Assembly (NCBI GenBank): GCA_964016885.1
Contig: OZ024740.1
Location: 326,492,001-326,556,000, forward strand
Length of the DNA stretch: 64,000 nucleotides
Direction: 5' to 3'
Source: Eledone cirrhosa
Taxonomy: Eukaryota
How positions within the stretch are numbered: the first letter of the stretch is position 1; the number at the start of each line of letters is the position of its first letter. The position numbers and the translations under genes were made by a program. The notes beneath the pieces were generated by a model, which had not been told where the DNA came from, searched no databases, and saw only the letters and a program-made list of their open reading frames with translations. Below are positions 1-12,419 of this stretch, in pieces.

Positions 1-99
1 GGGCTGAGAAATACTGATTTCAGGTAACACTGGTAGTCAAAATGCAGATTGTAGATTAATCAAAAAGCAAGATTACTTTACAGGATAGAAGAATGAGAC

Positions 100-300
100 T
101 TAAACCTTTAGCATTTAAACCAGCCATATCCAGCCAGAATTCTCTCACCTCTTTCTGTTCAAACCAGCTGTAACTGGCCACTCATACTTATATTAAGGTA
201 TTGTTCTCAAAGTAAATAATATCAAAATTTCATAGATTTGATATTATTTGAGATAAAGTATTTACCATGAAAATGAAATAGTAAATATAATGTAAACGCC
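100..300. mobile_element. piggyBac-like MITE, partial copy
   Basis: Same body as 7813..8039 and 46867..47066; one end degraded. Confidence 0.75.
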
Positions 301-395
301 AAATTACTGAATGTTGGTGGTGATATTAATGTATTGAGATTTACTTTACTGTAATATATGAAACACTATTTTTTTCAGGTTGATGCCTCATCAGA

Positions 396-498
396 ATGGA
401 GTCTATATGGGAAGGAAGTGGTCTTCCCTTAATGACAGATAATATATCAATTTTGGACAAAAAAGTATCCAATTTAGAAGATACTTATGTAGAATCTG
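396..498 (+). CDS. DEF8: DEF8 homolog, first coding exon (MESIWEGSGLPL...YVES); the exon starts at 379, so a 5' UTR exon lies upstream of the window
   Basis: Acceptor ttttttcAG at 377-378, in-frame TGA at 381-383, strong-context ATG (agaATGG) at 396, donor GTATGT at 499. The phase-1 end joins exon 2 in frame. No homology seen for this exon itself. Confidence 0.6.
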
Positions 499-879
499 GT
501 ATGTAGCTTATTCATCTATTATTTTATATAGCATGAATGGGTTAGTTCTGCAAATTTAGTTATTTACATAAATTAATGAAATAAGTATTTCTGGAGTTCT
601 TAGATTACCCTCTGGGAGAAATTAGAATTGAGAATTTTTACATCCCTGATGTAATCAGTGATATTAATAAAATATATATGAAGTGAAACTTTTCTGATCA
701 AACCATGTGCTTGGCTTATTGAGATCTGAGCTCTTACTTATGGGTGTTTTTTCCTGTAAGCTGGACCACATTCCAAAATCCAATCTTTCAAAAACTGAAC
801 AATATGAGAGTGGAAGCATTTTATTGGTCAGCTTTGATCCTAGCTTAGTCAGGTGACAATGTCAACCTCAAAGGTTTCA

Positions 880-1085
880 TTTTTGGTATGGTAGCTATGG
901 CTGGATGCCTTTCCTAATGCCAATTACATCACGTCTACTACTGGAAGCATTTTATCGTGGCACCAGCACTATCACCTTACAAAGTGAACCGAGTGCTTTT
1001 TGTTGTGGCACCAGCACTACCACTTTACAGGATGGAGTGGGTGCTTTTCATTGTTGCATCAGTACTACCTCATTACATCACTAGG
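880..1085 (-). mobile_element. Degenerate RTE-3'UTR-related SINE-like repeat with internal subrepeats
   Basis: ggctggatgcctttcctaatgccaa motif followed by repeated ggcaccagcactac units. Confidence 0.55.
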
Positions 1086-2978
1086 CTGCTCGCTGTCACC
1101 TTGGCAAAGCTTGGGAGTAGAGGTGTGAGATGGGAGAGTAGGCACCAGGTCATGGAGGTAGCCTTGAAGAGAGTGAGTTGCATCTGGCAATATATTATGT
1201 GCTGGCATGGGTTGTACAAGGAAAGTGAATTGGAGATGTAAGTAGGAGGGGGAGGTGCACATCTTTACATGCTGACATAGGTTGAATGAGGAAGAGGAGG
1301 CACAAAGGATGTGAGAGGAGGAAGACTAAAGCAGAGAACTTAGTGATGGGAGAGGATTAAAGTAGAAGGTCAACAGAGGAGTTGGAATTGGGTGAGAGTG
1401 GGAAGCATGTTGTCAGGCAGAGACCTAAATATCATTTCACCTCTCTGCCCTTTCCATGTTTGTTTCATCCCACTCATGTAGGAAGCCAAATCTTCTGTCA
1501 TACAGCATCATGTCAGTCAACTTGATCCTGTGTCATCTCCTGCTCGAGGTCAGTCATCACTACATCATCCTAAGTTTTCCCGTCTTCCTCTTCCACATGT
1601 TCTATTGACTTTCAGTGCCTTTCATCTCTTTAAGAAGCTGTTGTCCTTCATACACATTGATAATAAGCTTGAATTTCTGTAGGTGGAAATGTTGGCAGGG
1701 AGGGAATTCTAGAGAGATACAGTCTTGAAGAAGGATCAGAGAAAAATATTTCACAGAAGTGGGGGTGATTAGGCTTAAATGTGAGGTGCAGTACATGTGA
1801 TTAAGGGAGGAGAAGCATTGTACATTACATTGGTTTGGATGAGTGACTGCAGTCAGCTTCAGATGTGGTTTGTACACAGTCGTGTTTCATTTCCTGGTTC
1901 TAGCTAGCTCACTTCACTAACTTTACTCTTGAAAAAAACATGTAAGTCACATCTACCATGCCTCCAGTAATAACTGATGGTTTTTCTCTAAGAAATTTAT
2001 ATTGAAATTTACTCTTTCTTTGTATGATTCTTCATATTTTTTCTTTTTACCGAAGTTGTTTAGCACCAGGTAAGCCCTTAGTGAATGGATCTATCATGAA
2101 AGCTGCTTCAGCCTTAACTAATCAGTCCTTTGCTTCGGCATTGTGTATTTAAGACAACATTATACAGTATGTTCCTCCACTTTTCAGGATGATAGAGTAT
2201 AATTTGTGAGAGAATTCACAAGTTAAATACTGTTATGTACTTTGGATGTCTTACATCATATATTTTGATACTTGATACTGACACTAAGACATTTTCTCAG
2301 CTTGACTAATTATTATTTAAAAAAAAACAACTATTTTATTCATTTCTCTTTTTAACCTATGTCTGCTTAACAGCATTTGAACCATTGCATGTCATGCTAT
2401 TGCATGTATTTTAATAAGATAACTTATAATAACAGCAACAACCATAATAATTTTGCCAATCCAATCTCCTAAATGTATTATCGTTTTCTTCTGCTGTGAA
2501 TTGAATCGAATCTGGGCCTCCTGGGTGAAAGCCAGTAATAATAGTAAGTGATTTCTAACTTAGACAAAAGATTATTCAATTTCGTATGGAGGAGGGGGAG
2601 GAGGTGGCAGGGTGAGTGGGTATGAAAGGAGTGGGGGATTATGTCAACCCTAGTACATTACTGTGTGTGGATGTGTATATGTTAGAAGTACCAGCAACTA
2701 GGTCATTAATGTACAGAAGTCAATAGAACCCCTTCTTTGCTTGGGACTAGAATCTTTCAGTTGTAGTTTGGTAGATGAGAGAGGGAGCCTACAGACCATG
2801 TGATGTAGAAAGAAATCCTTTGTTTTTCCTTTGTTGGTTACTGTCTTTCAGGTGGTTGTGACTTTGTCTAGATGTTGAAGGTTATTGAGAGAGAGAGAGT
2901 TTAAGGGAGTTGGCAAGTTAGAGAACTGATTGTTCAGAATGAGTCAACAAAAGAAAGAACTTAAAAAACAACAACCCG

Positions 2979-3023
2979 TTGTATTGTAATGTCTACTCCA
3001 AAGGAGTAGACATTACAATACAA
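2979..3023. repeat. Perfect 21-bp inverted repeat with 3-nt spacer
   Basis: ttgtattgtaatgtctactcc-aaa-ggagtagacattacaatacaa. Confidence 0.9.
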
Positions 3024-3042
3024 TCGGAGGAAACATAATAGT

Positions 3043-3084
3043 ACCACTGATGATGTCACAGGTGTGTGACGAAAGAATTTTGAT
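3043..3084 (+). ncRNA. Minimal hammerhead ribozyme-like motif, probably decayed
   Basis: CTGATGA-t-GTCACA-ggtg-TGTGAC-GAAA: core boxes and a perfect stem II. Stems I and III are imperfect. Confidence 0.55.
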
Positions 3085-3413
3085 AAACTATATTTATATT
3101 TTTATCTATATTTTTAACCATTGGTCAATCAATGATAAACATTGATTACCTGCTAAATTAACTATAGGGATATAAAATATACAGAAGTAAAAACCAATCC
3201 AAACCAAACAGTGAATGTGTTTTATTATTATTTCTGGCAATCTTTTCATCCTTACAGGGTTGATAAAATAAAGTACTAGTCATGCACTGGGGTCGGTTTA
3301 ATCGACTTCCCCCTCCACCCAAATTGCTGGCCTTGTGCCCATTTAAGAAACCATTATTATTTCTGGCAATATTATAACAATATCACCCTCCCTAAATATA
3401 ACTATATATATAT

Positions 3414-4826
3414 ATCATCATCATCATCATCATTTTACATCTGCTTTTCCCTGCTTGCAAGAGTGGGATGGGTCCTATTCAGCACAGCATCTCTCCACTT
3501 GTCACGGTCCTTTGTCATCTCCTCCGTGAGCTTCAGCGATCTGAGGTCTGCTCTCACCACCTCTGCCCATGTATTTTGTGGTCTTCCTCTACTGTGTCTT
3601 CCTTCTACTGGGATTTCTTGGCACTTCTTTACCCAGCGGTCATCCTCCATGCGCATCACATGTTCATACCATCGCAGCCTTCTCTGCCACACACTACAAC
3701 TTATCCCTCTTATACACAGTTTCTCTCTCAACTCATCTATGCTTGGTTCACACACATTGACATTGCACATCCAATGGAGCATGCTTGCTTCATTTCTCTC
3801 CAGCCCTTGCATATCCTCCGCAGTTGCTGCCTGTGTCTCATGACCATGCAGTATCGCGCATCTCACACAGGTATCATATAACCGGTCTTTCGTTCGCAGG
3901 GAGAAACCCTTCTTTGTCAACAGATGAAGCAGCTCCCTAAACTTCTTTCAACCAGTCTTTATTCTAGATACTATGGCCTCGGAGCACCCGCCTCCCTCGC
4001 TAATCTGATCACCTAGGTATCGGAAGCTATCAACCACTTCTATAGATCCTACCTGCATTTGAAAAATGTGTCTATCACTGCGAATTCTACTGTCTAATTT
4101 CTCTGTACATCTACTCCATATGTAGTTTTCCCTACCTGTTAGTTTGCCTGCTATCCCACTACATCTCTTGTGTACCCAAGATCTGCATTGTGTACATTTT
4201 ATAGAATTTATGCCAGCTCCTTTTCTACATATGGCCATTTCCCTGATGGAATCAGTTTTGTCTTCTTTTCTACTTATCAACACTTGTTTTAGCTAGGTTC
4301 ACTTTGTCCTCTTGATTCCAACTGCAGAATTTATTCTCTAACTCCTCTACTGATTCTGCTATAAGAACCAGATCATCAGCATAGAGAAGTTCCCATGGGC
4401 AGCCAATCTTAGACTCCTCTGTTATGGCTTGGAGGACTATAATGAACAAGAGCGGGCTGAGGACCGAACCCTAATGTACACCTACTTGTATCTGGAATTC
4501 GTCACTAAACTCCATTCCTACTCTCACTTTACTGACAGTGCCCCTGTACATAGCTTGCACTGTCCTCACAAGCCATTCCTCTACACCTAGTTTCCTTAGG
4601 GACCACCAGATGACAGATCGGAGTACCCTATCAAAGGCCTTCTCTAGATCAACAAAAGCTAAGTATAGTGGCTTATTCTTTTCTAAGAACCTCCCTTGTA
4701 GTTGTCTCACTAAGAATAGGGCATCTGTTGTACTTTTCCCAGGCACAAAACCAAACTGCATCTCATCTAATTTGACCCATTCTCTAACTAGTTGCACTAA
4801 TATTCTTTCTGCCACTTTCATAACCT
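3414..4826 (-). mobile_element. 5'-truncated degenerate RTE-clade LINE (short-3'UTR subfamily)
   Basis: RT fragments (QFGF, FVDLEKAFD, YADD, FRYLG) broken by stops and frameshifts; (TGA)n tail; (TA)n on both flanks. Confidence 0.9.
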
Positions 4827-5273
4827 ATATATATAATCTTCTTCTTAACTCACTTAGACCTGAGAGGGTCAAAGGGGCAGACTCCTCAAACACTCCTTTC
4901 AGTGGATCCTGTCAGAAGCAACCATCTCCAATTGATCTGGCTGAATCCCCAAGCGAGACCAACAAAGCTCATGGATGTTATCCAACTATCTTGCTTGGTG
5001 TCTACTCCTGGCTTTCTTGCCAGTTGCTTTTGCCTGTAAAATCTGTCCAGCAATTCTTTCCTGAGACATTCTAATCACATGGCCATAGTATAGGAACTGT
5101 GATCTCTGTTTGGAGAAGTTGTGGCTCTACCTGGAGTGACTCTCTAATCTCCAAGCAATGCACTCTATAAAACATTTTTACTCCAAAGACCCTTCGGAGA
5201 AACCCCATTTCAGCTGTGTGTATTCGCAATCATATCATTTTGGTCATTACTAAAAAATCATGATTATGTAGAA

Positions 5274-5492
5274 CAAGCATGTTAAACATGTGACCCACAG
5301 GTCGCATGCGGCCCTTTACAAGCATACTTGTGGTCTGCACAAAGGTTTTTACAGCGCGATCATGTTTTATCTTTGTATATAAAATTTTAAAAAATTAGTT
5401 GTAATGTGTGCAATTAGTTGTCATGTGTGGCCCTCAGACAACATATATGTGACCCATATGTCCCTTGGGGGACTCTCAGTTTGACATGCCTG
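5274..5492. mobile_element. hAT-type MITE
   Basis: TIRs CAAGCATGTTAAAC / GTTTGACATGCCTG; 8-bp TSD atgtagaa/atgtagag. Confidence 0.75.
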
Positions 5493-5499
5493 ATGTAGA

Positions 5500-5800
5500 G
5501 AAATGTTCCACATCAACAGTGGTTGAGCACGGGCCAGTCAGTTCTAAGAAGCCGGCGATCTGAGTTACGCACTCTATCAAGTAATATTATTTAAAAAACA
5601 ACCTTTGGAGGAATCCCATTTTGACCATTTGTACATGTGATTGTATTCTTTGTGGAAGTACCCAAGATTTATGACCATAGGTAAGGGTAGGTACAAACAC
5701 TGAATGGAAGATAGTGAGTTTGGGTTTTACACATATCTGCTTTCTTCTGATGACTGAGTGCTGAAGCTGACACATAACTGCGCAAGCACCAAACTTTTCT
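5500..5800 (-). mobile_element. Old RTE-like LINE 3' fragment
   Basis: IFHSVFVPTLTYGHKSW resembles the RTE C-terminal motif; related to 26130-26450. Confidence 0.55.
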
Positions 5801-5848
5801 TTCCTTTTACCCAAATTACTGCTTTTTAAAATACTATACAGTGTTTGA

Positions 5849-7643
5849 ATCATCATCATCATCATCATCATCAGGTTTAGCGTCCGTGTTCCACGCTTGC
5901 ATGGGTTTGGACGGGGGTTTTCCCACTTGAGGCAAGAGTGGTTGTCTTGCTCGCATAGGACTGTCTGGCGGGTTTTCTACAGTTGGATGCCCTTCCTAAC
6001 ACCAACCACATTTACAGTGTGGGGCTGGGAGGTTTTTACCGTGTTGCCTACACGGCCACATTACAGCGTGGACTGTCTGGTGGGTTTTCTACAGCTGGAT
6101 GCCCTTCCTAACACCAACCACATTTACAGTGTGGGGCTGGGAGGTTTTTACCGTGTTGCCTATTTGGCCACATTTACAGCGTGGACTGTGTGTTTTTTGT
6201 CGTGACACCTACACGATCTCATTTGTTTCGGCCTGGATGTTGTGGGACCAACATAACTTTACATTGAAAGGGGCGGTGTGGGTGGGGTGGAGGTGGTGGG
6301 ACGGGGGTGTGTTTTGATAGAGGTGCCTACTGACTGTAGTAGGTTTTTACTTTGTATTTAGGTAAGGCGGGTCTTCTCTATTACTGAGTACCGCCAAAGG
6401 TCTCGGTCCAGTGACATTGTCTTGGAGAGGTGTAAGCGTGTGAGGTCGGAATTTATCAGCTCGTCCCATGTTTTTCTGGGTCTGCCTACTCCGTGGCTAC
6501 CGTCTATCTTTATTGCCCTGCACTTTGTTATACAGCTGTCGTCTTTCATGCGCATCACGTGACCGTACCAACGTAGCCTTCTCTCGAGTAAACAACATCT
6601 GATCCCTCTTATTTCTAATTTTTTCCTTAGTTCGTTTATGCTTTGCCGTTCACGTATATTACTATTGCACATCCAGCGGAGCATGCAAGCTTCGTTCCTC
6701 TCTAGTCTGCGTATATCCTCTGCACACAATGCCCAGGTCTCACTGCCATGCAGCATTGCTGTTCGTATGCAGGCATCGTATAACCTGCCTTTCATTTTTA
6801 GGGAGAACCCTCTAGCGGCTAATAGTGGTATAAGCTCTCTGAACTTTTTCCATCCAGTTCTGACTCTAGCTACTGTACTTTCAGAGCACCCTCCCCCACT
6901 GCTGATTTTGTCACCCAGATAACGGAAGCTGTCCACTATTTCTATAGAACCCTCTGCGCAGTTGAAGGAGCTAGTATTTTGTGGGCACTTGCTGCTACTT
7001 ATTGCACCAGAGCACCGGCCACATGTAAAATCTATGTTCTTAGTTAGCTTACCTGTGATCCCACTACATCTTTTATGCACCCATACTTTGCATTTGGGAC
7101 ATAAAATGGAGTTTCTACCTACGCCTTTCCTACACACTGAGCATGGCCATTTCCCCGATGGGACCGCCGCCTTATTTTCTTTCCTACAAACTAGAACTTT
7201 AGTCTTAGCCAGGTTAATTTTAAGGCCTTTTGATTCTAGGCCGTGCTTCCACGTTTGGAATTTCTTCTCTAGTTCGGTCATTGATTCAGCTATGAGCGTT
7301 AGATCATCTGCGTATAGGAGTTCCCATGGGCAGCCGGTCTTGAACTCCTCTGTTATAGCCTGAAGGGCAATAATAAATAGTAGGGGGCTAAGTACAGAGC
7401 CCTGATGGACACCAACTTTTACGCTAAACTCTTCACTATATTCGTTGTTAATTCTAACCTTACTGACTGTTTCTTTATACATGGCTTGTATAGCTCTCAC
7501 AAGCCATTCGTCAACACCTAGTTTTCTAAGAGACCACCAGATAATGGAACGGGGGACTCTGTCGAAGGCTTTCTCCAAGTCGACAAAAGCTAAGTATAGG
7601 GGTTTACTTTTAGCTAGGTACTTCTCCTGTAGTTGTCGTACAA
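5849..7643 (-). mobile_element. 5'-truncated RTE LINE (long-3'UTR subfamily) with an uninterrupted RT/PHD C-terminal ORF ending at 6358
   Basis: 406-aa ORF with HQGSVLSP, YADD and a PHD finger; ~500-nt 3'UTR; (TGA)n tail. Confidence 0.95.
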
Positions 7644-7812
7644 CATCCTATAAACCAAATGCAGATGTAGTGAATTCACTGATCTTTATTTTTATTTTTC
7701 ATATATATTTATTATTATTTATATACTTATACATATTTATTTAGCAACTCTCACCAACAGTGACAAACATATTCTAAAATTTCCTATCATATAATGGGTA
7801 ACACTCTATTAT

Positions 7813-8039
7813 TTAACCCTTTAGCATTTACATTACTCTATATATACTATTGTATTTTCATGGTAAAGGCTTTACCTCACATAATTATCTCATAATATTG
7901 AATCTATGAGATTTTGATATTATTTATTTTGAGAACAATATCTAAACATCAGTATGAACGGCCAGTTACAGCCGGTTTGAGCAGAAACAAGTGAGAGAAT
8001 TCTGGTCAGATACGGCCGGTTTAAATGCTAAAGGGTTAA
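7813..8039. mobile_element. piggyBac-like MITE (TTAA TSD)
   Basis: TTAA-CCCTTTAGCATTTA ... TAAATGCTAAAGGG-TTAA. Confidence 0.88.
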
Positions 8040-8324
8040 TAAGCATCATCATTAGTTTTATGCTTGTTTTACCTTGTTGGCATGGATTGGTCAAAACTTT
8101 TTGAGGCAGAATCTTAATGTCAGTTACCCTTCCTGACCCCAATCCTCACTTATATTTTTCTTTGTTAAAGTAAGGTACAGATCTTTACGCATTGCTGAGG
8201 TGTTTACATGAAATGCAAACACAAATAACACTGTGTTTGTGAAAAGAGAGAGAGAGAGAAATGGTTATAGTAGCAGATATTCACTCAAAGGGTCACACAG
8301 TGTGACTAAACCCAGAAACATATA

Positions 8325-8449
8325 ACTCTCTCTCATCACAAAAGGTTGAGTGAAGTCATTGATAGATGACTCTTCTTCATCACAAAAAGGTTGAAGTTAT
8401 CAAATTTAGCTTTCTCATCACAAAAGGTTAAGTAAGGTCATTGTTAAAT

Positions 8450-8494
<45 letters not shown>

Positions 8495-8735
8495 CAAAAG
8501 GTCGAGTAAGGTCATTGGCACATGGTTCTATCATCACTAAAGGTCAAGTGAAGACATTGCTATATAACCCTTACTCTCTCATCAGGAAAGGTTGAGTGAA
8601 GTCATTGATATATAAACCTTCACTCCCTCATCAGGAAAGGTTGAGTGAAGTCATTGATATATAAACCTTCACTCTCTTACCAGGAAAGGTTGAGTGAAGT
8701 CATTGATATATAAACCTCTCCCTTACCAAGGAAGG
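8325..8735. repeat. ~50-bp minisatellite with embedded (TC)n
   Basis: Repeated catca(c/gg)aaaggttgagtgaagtcattgat units. Confidence 0.85.
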
Positions 8736-9016
8736 ATTTGTCAAACATGAAGTCCAGTCCAAAGTTTAACAACATTATTTGTAGCAGAGCATGTGTAAAT
8801 GGTATAGAGCCATTTTTACAATAGGGTAGTTTTTCTCATACCCAGTAATTACTTTCCTCATTATTTATCTACACCCAAGTCTATATGCTATCCCGCCAAT
8901 ACCTTGAGACATTTCTCAATCCTTGCTATGTGTTTATTCTCTCTTTATTCACCCCTTCTCCATACTACAAGATTGCATATATCTTTAGATTTTCACAGTG
9001 GTAATTAAATAAGAGA

Positions 9017-9245
9017 TTAACCCTTTGGCATTTACTTTTCTCTATATTTACTATTGTATTTTCATGGTAAACACTTTATTTCACATAATTATCTCACATA
9101 ATATAGAATCTATGAAATTTTTATATTATTTATTTTGAGAACAATACCTTAACATAAGAACGAGCAGCCAGTTATGACTGGTTTGAGCAGAAAGAGGTGA
9201 GAGAATTCTGGCTGGATACGGCTGGTTTAAATGCTAAAGGATTAA
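9017..9245. mobile_element. piggyBac-like MITE
   Basis: Same TIRs and TTAA ends as 7813..8039. Confidence 0.85.
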
Positions 9246-10159
9246 ACTTCACTTGACTAAGACCACAATGCTCTATTACTGGTTGTTTCTTTTCACTGAA
9301 AGTCTTGAACTAAATACAGCAAAATGTTCTTCAGTTGTGTAGCATACTCCTGGTTACAGTGATGAGTTATATATTGCTACAATTGCTACAATTGCTACAA
9401 TGCTTACAGCTAGGCAAACTCAGCTTTTGAGATATAAGTGTTGTTTTTGTTGTTGTTACAGTTCACATCAATGCAGCTTTAGTTGGCTTCCTATGAGGCA
9501 GCATCTCAGCATTTCTTGGGGGTCTTAATGTTAAAGGCCACAGTCCGATCATGTCACAATTTTTATAGTGACAGGAGTTGGCATATGAACTCAGAATGCA
9601 CTTGATAGACTTTGAACTCAGAATACAGAGTGCTGGAAGGAATATAAAGAATTTCATCTGATGCTTTTATAAATCTGCTAATTCACTGTCTCGGCTATGG
9701 ATATCACGTAATACTTCTGGTGATAAGATATGAACTACTTATTTCTTGGTTGTCCATATCTATAGGGTGGCAATTTGACAGAACCATTAGAACATTAGAT
9801 AAAATGTTTTATAGGTTCAAATCACACTGAGATCTACTTTGACTTTCATCCTTTTGAGGTTGATAAATAAAGTACCAGTCTAGTACTGGCATTGATTCTT
9901 CCTCCATATCTATTTTTCACTCTGGAAGAAATTGGCTGTGTTCAGATGTAGAAAGTGGATGGGCTTCACCAGATTTAAAATGTCCAAGAAATGCTATATG
10001 TCACTATGGCACCCTTATGGCTCCACCAGGAGTACAGGTTCAATACATACCATATCTATTCTGTGTGTTAATTAAATTACATTAAATCAATGAATGTGTT
10101 CCCATTTTGAGTATTGATTTTTTTTTTTTTCACCCTTTTCTTCCATCTCCAAACTGAAT

Positions 10160-10400
10160 TTATTTAACTTCGAAACAGTTCTATTCTCTAAAGGGAATCA
10201 ATGTACAATCTTGTACCTTTACTTAATGATTCATCCATCGGAATTGCTCTTCCAATGCGTCTCTCTCACCATCCTTCGAGGAAATGCTTTTTCTATTTTG
10301 TCTGTGGGGTGACCAGTGTATGGGCCCTCATTTGCTCACAATGGTGAGAGATGCAGTGACAGTGGGAGTTTGGTTCTTTTGTGTTCGGACCTGGTGTTTA
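10160..10400 (-). mobile_element. Possible highly decayed Penelope GIY-YIG endonuclease remnant
   Basis: Fragmentary translations (HCIS..C, YTGHPTDKIEKHF, QFRWM) loosely resemble the PLE GIY-YIG C-terminus. Confidence 0.3.
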
Positions 10401-11326
10401 TATGTGTATAAGAGAGAATGAGACCACCAGTTTACCCATCTATTTGTCAGTGTATATTACATCCACCACATCATCCTGCCAATCCCACCAACATTTACAC
10501 TAACCACCCTATACACCCACCTTCACATCCACAACTTTGGCAAGTGCAGTTGAAGGTTGTTTTGTTAATGAGATCACAGTCGATAGTTGTCTCCAATATT
10601 TGCTGGAGAAACACAAAAATTATATAAATCATTGATTAATATGTTTTATTCCTCACTACATAATTATTGCTAGTTAACTTTTTAATGTTTCCTGTATTAT
10701 CTTTATTGCATATTAATTTCCAGTTATATTTTTTAAGAGTCTGTGCATTTAATTTTATTTACTTTTAACATATAGATAATATAGATACGTTACTCCTTAT
10801 CTATATTAACATCAAACCTAGCAATTTCCTTCCTGTCTGTATTACATAAAAAATTAAAACTACAGAAAAGAGATCCATCAAACACTTAAAGAACTTAACA
10901 AGTTGAAGATTGATCTTTTTTACAGCATGTTCAGCCATACTAATTTTTAGCTTTTGCGAAATATTAAGGTGTACTAAAACTTGTTTTTGATAGTCATCGT
11001 GAAGAAAATTTCTTCAGAGAATGCATAAATGTTCTTTATTGATGGCAATGCCCCAGCATGGTCTCAGCCCACATAATGGAAACCAGTAAAAGGATATTGC
11101 ATTTATCTTCATATGCAGCTTGTGCTTTAAAAAAAAAGTGTTTGCTTTCTTAAATATCTTACTAAAATGCTACTTAACCCCAATTAAACTATTTGATATG
11201 TTTCGTTTACATATGACTTAAGAGCTAACAAATATTATTAATAATAATAATAATAATAATAATAATTTTGCTAATTATAATAATGAGTTATATATGATTT
11301 CTGTGTTTATGTACCTATTAAAACAG

Positions 11327-11716
11327 GTTTAGATTCTACCAAAGAGAATGCTCAATATAAAGAGACATTAAGTGATATTGAAAAGAGCAAACTCAGTGAT
11401 TGTAAAGTATATGTAACTTATGAGGATAAGCAGGAAGCAGAGTTACCACTTTCAGTATCAGATGAGAAACTGCAAGATATTGATGTGTATAAGATGGGAT
11501 GTCGATCTGAAGGTGACAGTGGTAACCAGTCCTTAACTCAGGATAGGCAAAATCCTAAAGTGGGTAGTAAAGCTATAAAATCTGAAGCTATGGATGAAAG
11601 TAGCAACACTTCACCTGCTACCGGTGACAAAAAGAAGCCTGTACGGCAACGAGTTAACCCTTTCAATAACGAATTTATATTTGATGAGGACCATTTCTCT
11701 GAAGTAGAATCAACAA
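11327..11716 (+). CDS. DEF8: DEF8 coding exon 2 (390 nt, phase 1-1)
   Basis: aaacAG acceptor and GTGAGT donor, open throughout. Contains RQRVNPFNNE, resembling the N-terminal RQAHLNPFNK of vertebrate DEF8. Confidence 0.8.
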
Positions 11717-11769
11717 GTGAGTTATTTTATTATATATATTTTTTTTAATTTACGAAACATGTTTTTAAA

Positions 11770-12130
11770 TATATACACACATGCACATGTGCATACACAC
11801 ATATCTCTCTCTCACACATACCCATACACAGAGAGAGACACATATACATGCATAGGCTTACAGATACACGTTGACACACACATTCGTACACATATACACA
11901 CACACAGATATGTGCACACACACACACACACACGTGTGCACACATGTACACACACATACACAGGCACACACATGCACAGGCATACAGATACATGCACACA
12001 TACATTCGTCCTCATAGCCACACACACACACACACAGGTACACACACATGGACAGACAGATATGTACACACACACACACATACATATGCATGCATACATA
12101 TACACACACACATGCATCCATGCACAGATA
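11770..12130. repeat. Degenerate (CA)n low-complexity tract
   Basis: CA/TA dinucleotide mosaic. Confidence 0.9.
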
Positions 12131-12419
12131 CGTACTAGGACCAGATTTTTGTGTTATTGATAACCCCTCCAATGTTGAAGTGACACACTGTTATCTGTGA
12201 ATTAACTTACTAAATGGTCACCAAATGATTCTATTGGCAACAGTTCTGTTGGGGCAAAAACAATTCCTGTCAGTTATGAGACTTTACTGAGATCATGTAT
12301 TAACAATTTCCCCTTCCCATGCACACACTCAAACATACATCTAGTAGGCTCCACTTAACCAACCCACACCCACCCACTCCTGTCCACACCACACTTATAC
12401 TGTGAACAAAACATATCTA

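Noticed and set aside
370-399. Minus-strand CTGATGA...GAAA hammerhead-like match
   Set aside because: No stem I or III; coincides with the exon acceptor.
11717-12172. His/Thr- and Cys/Val-rich ORFs (also 18088-18665, 31346-31646)
   Set aside because: Microsatellite translations.
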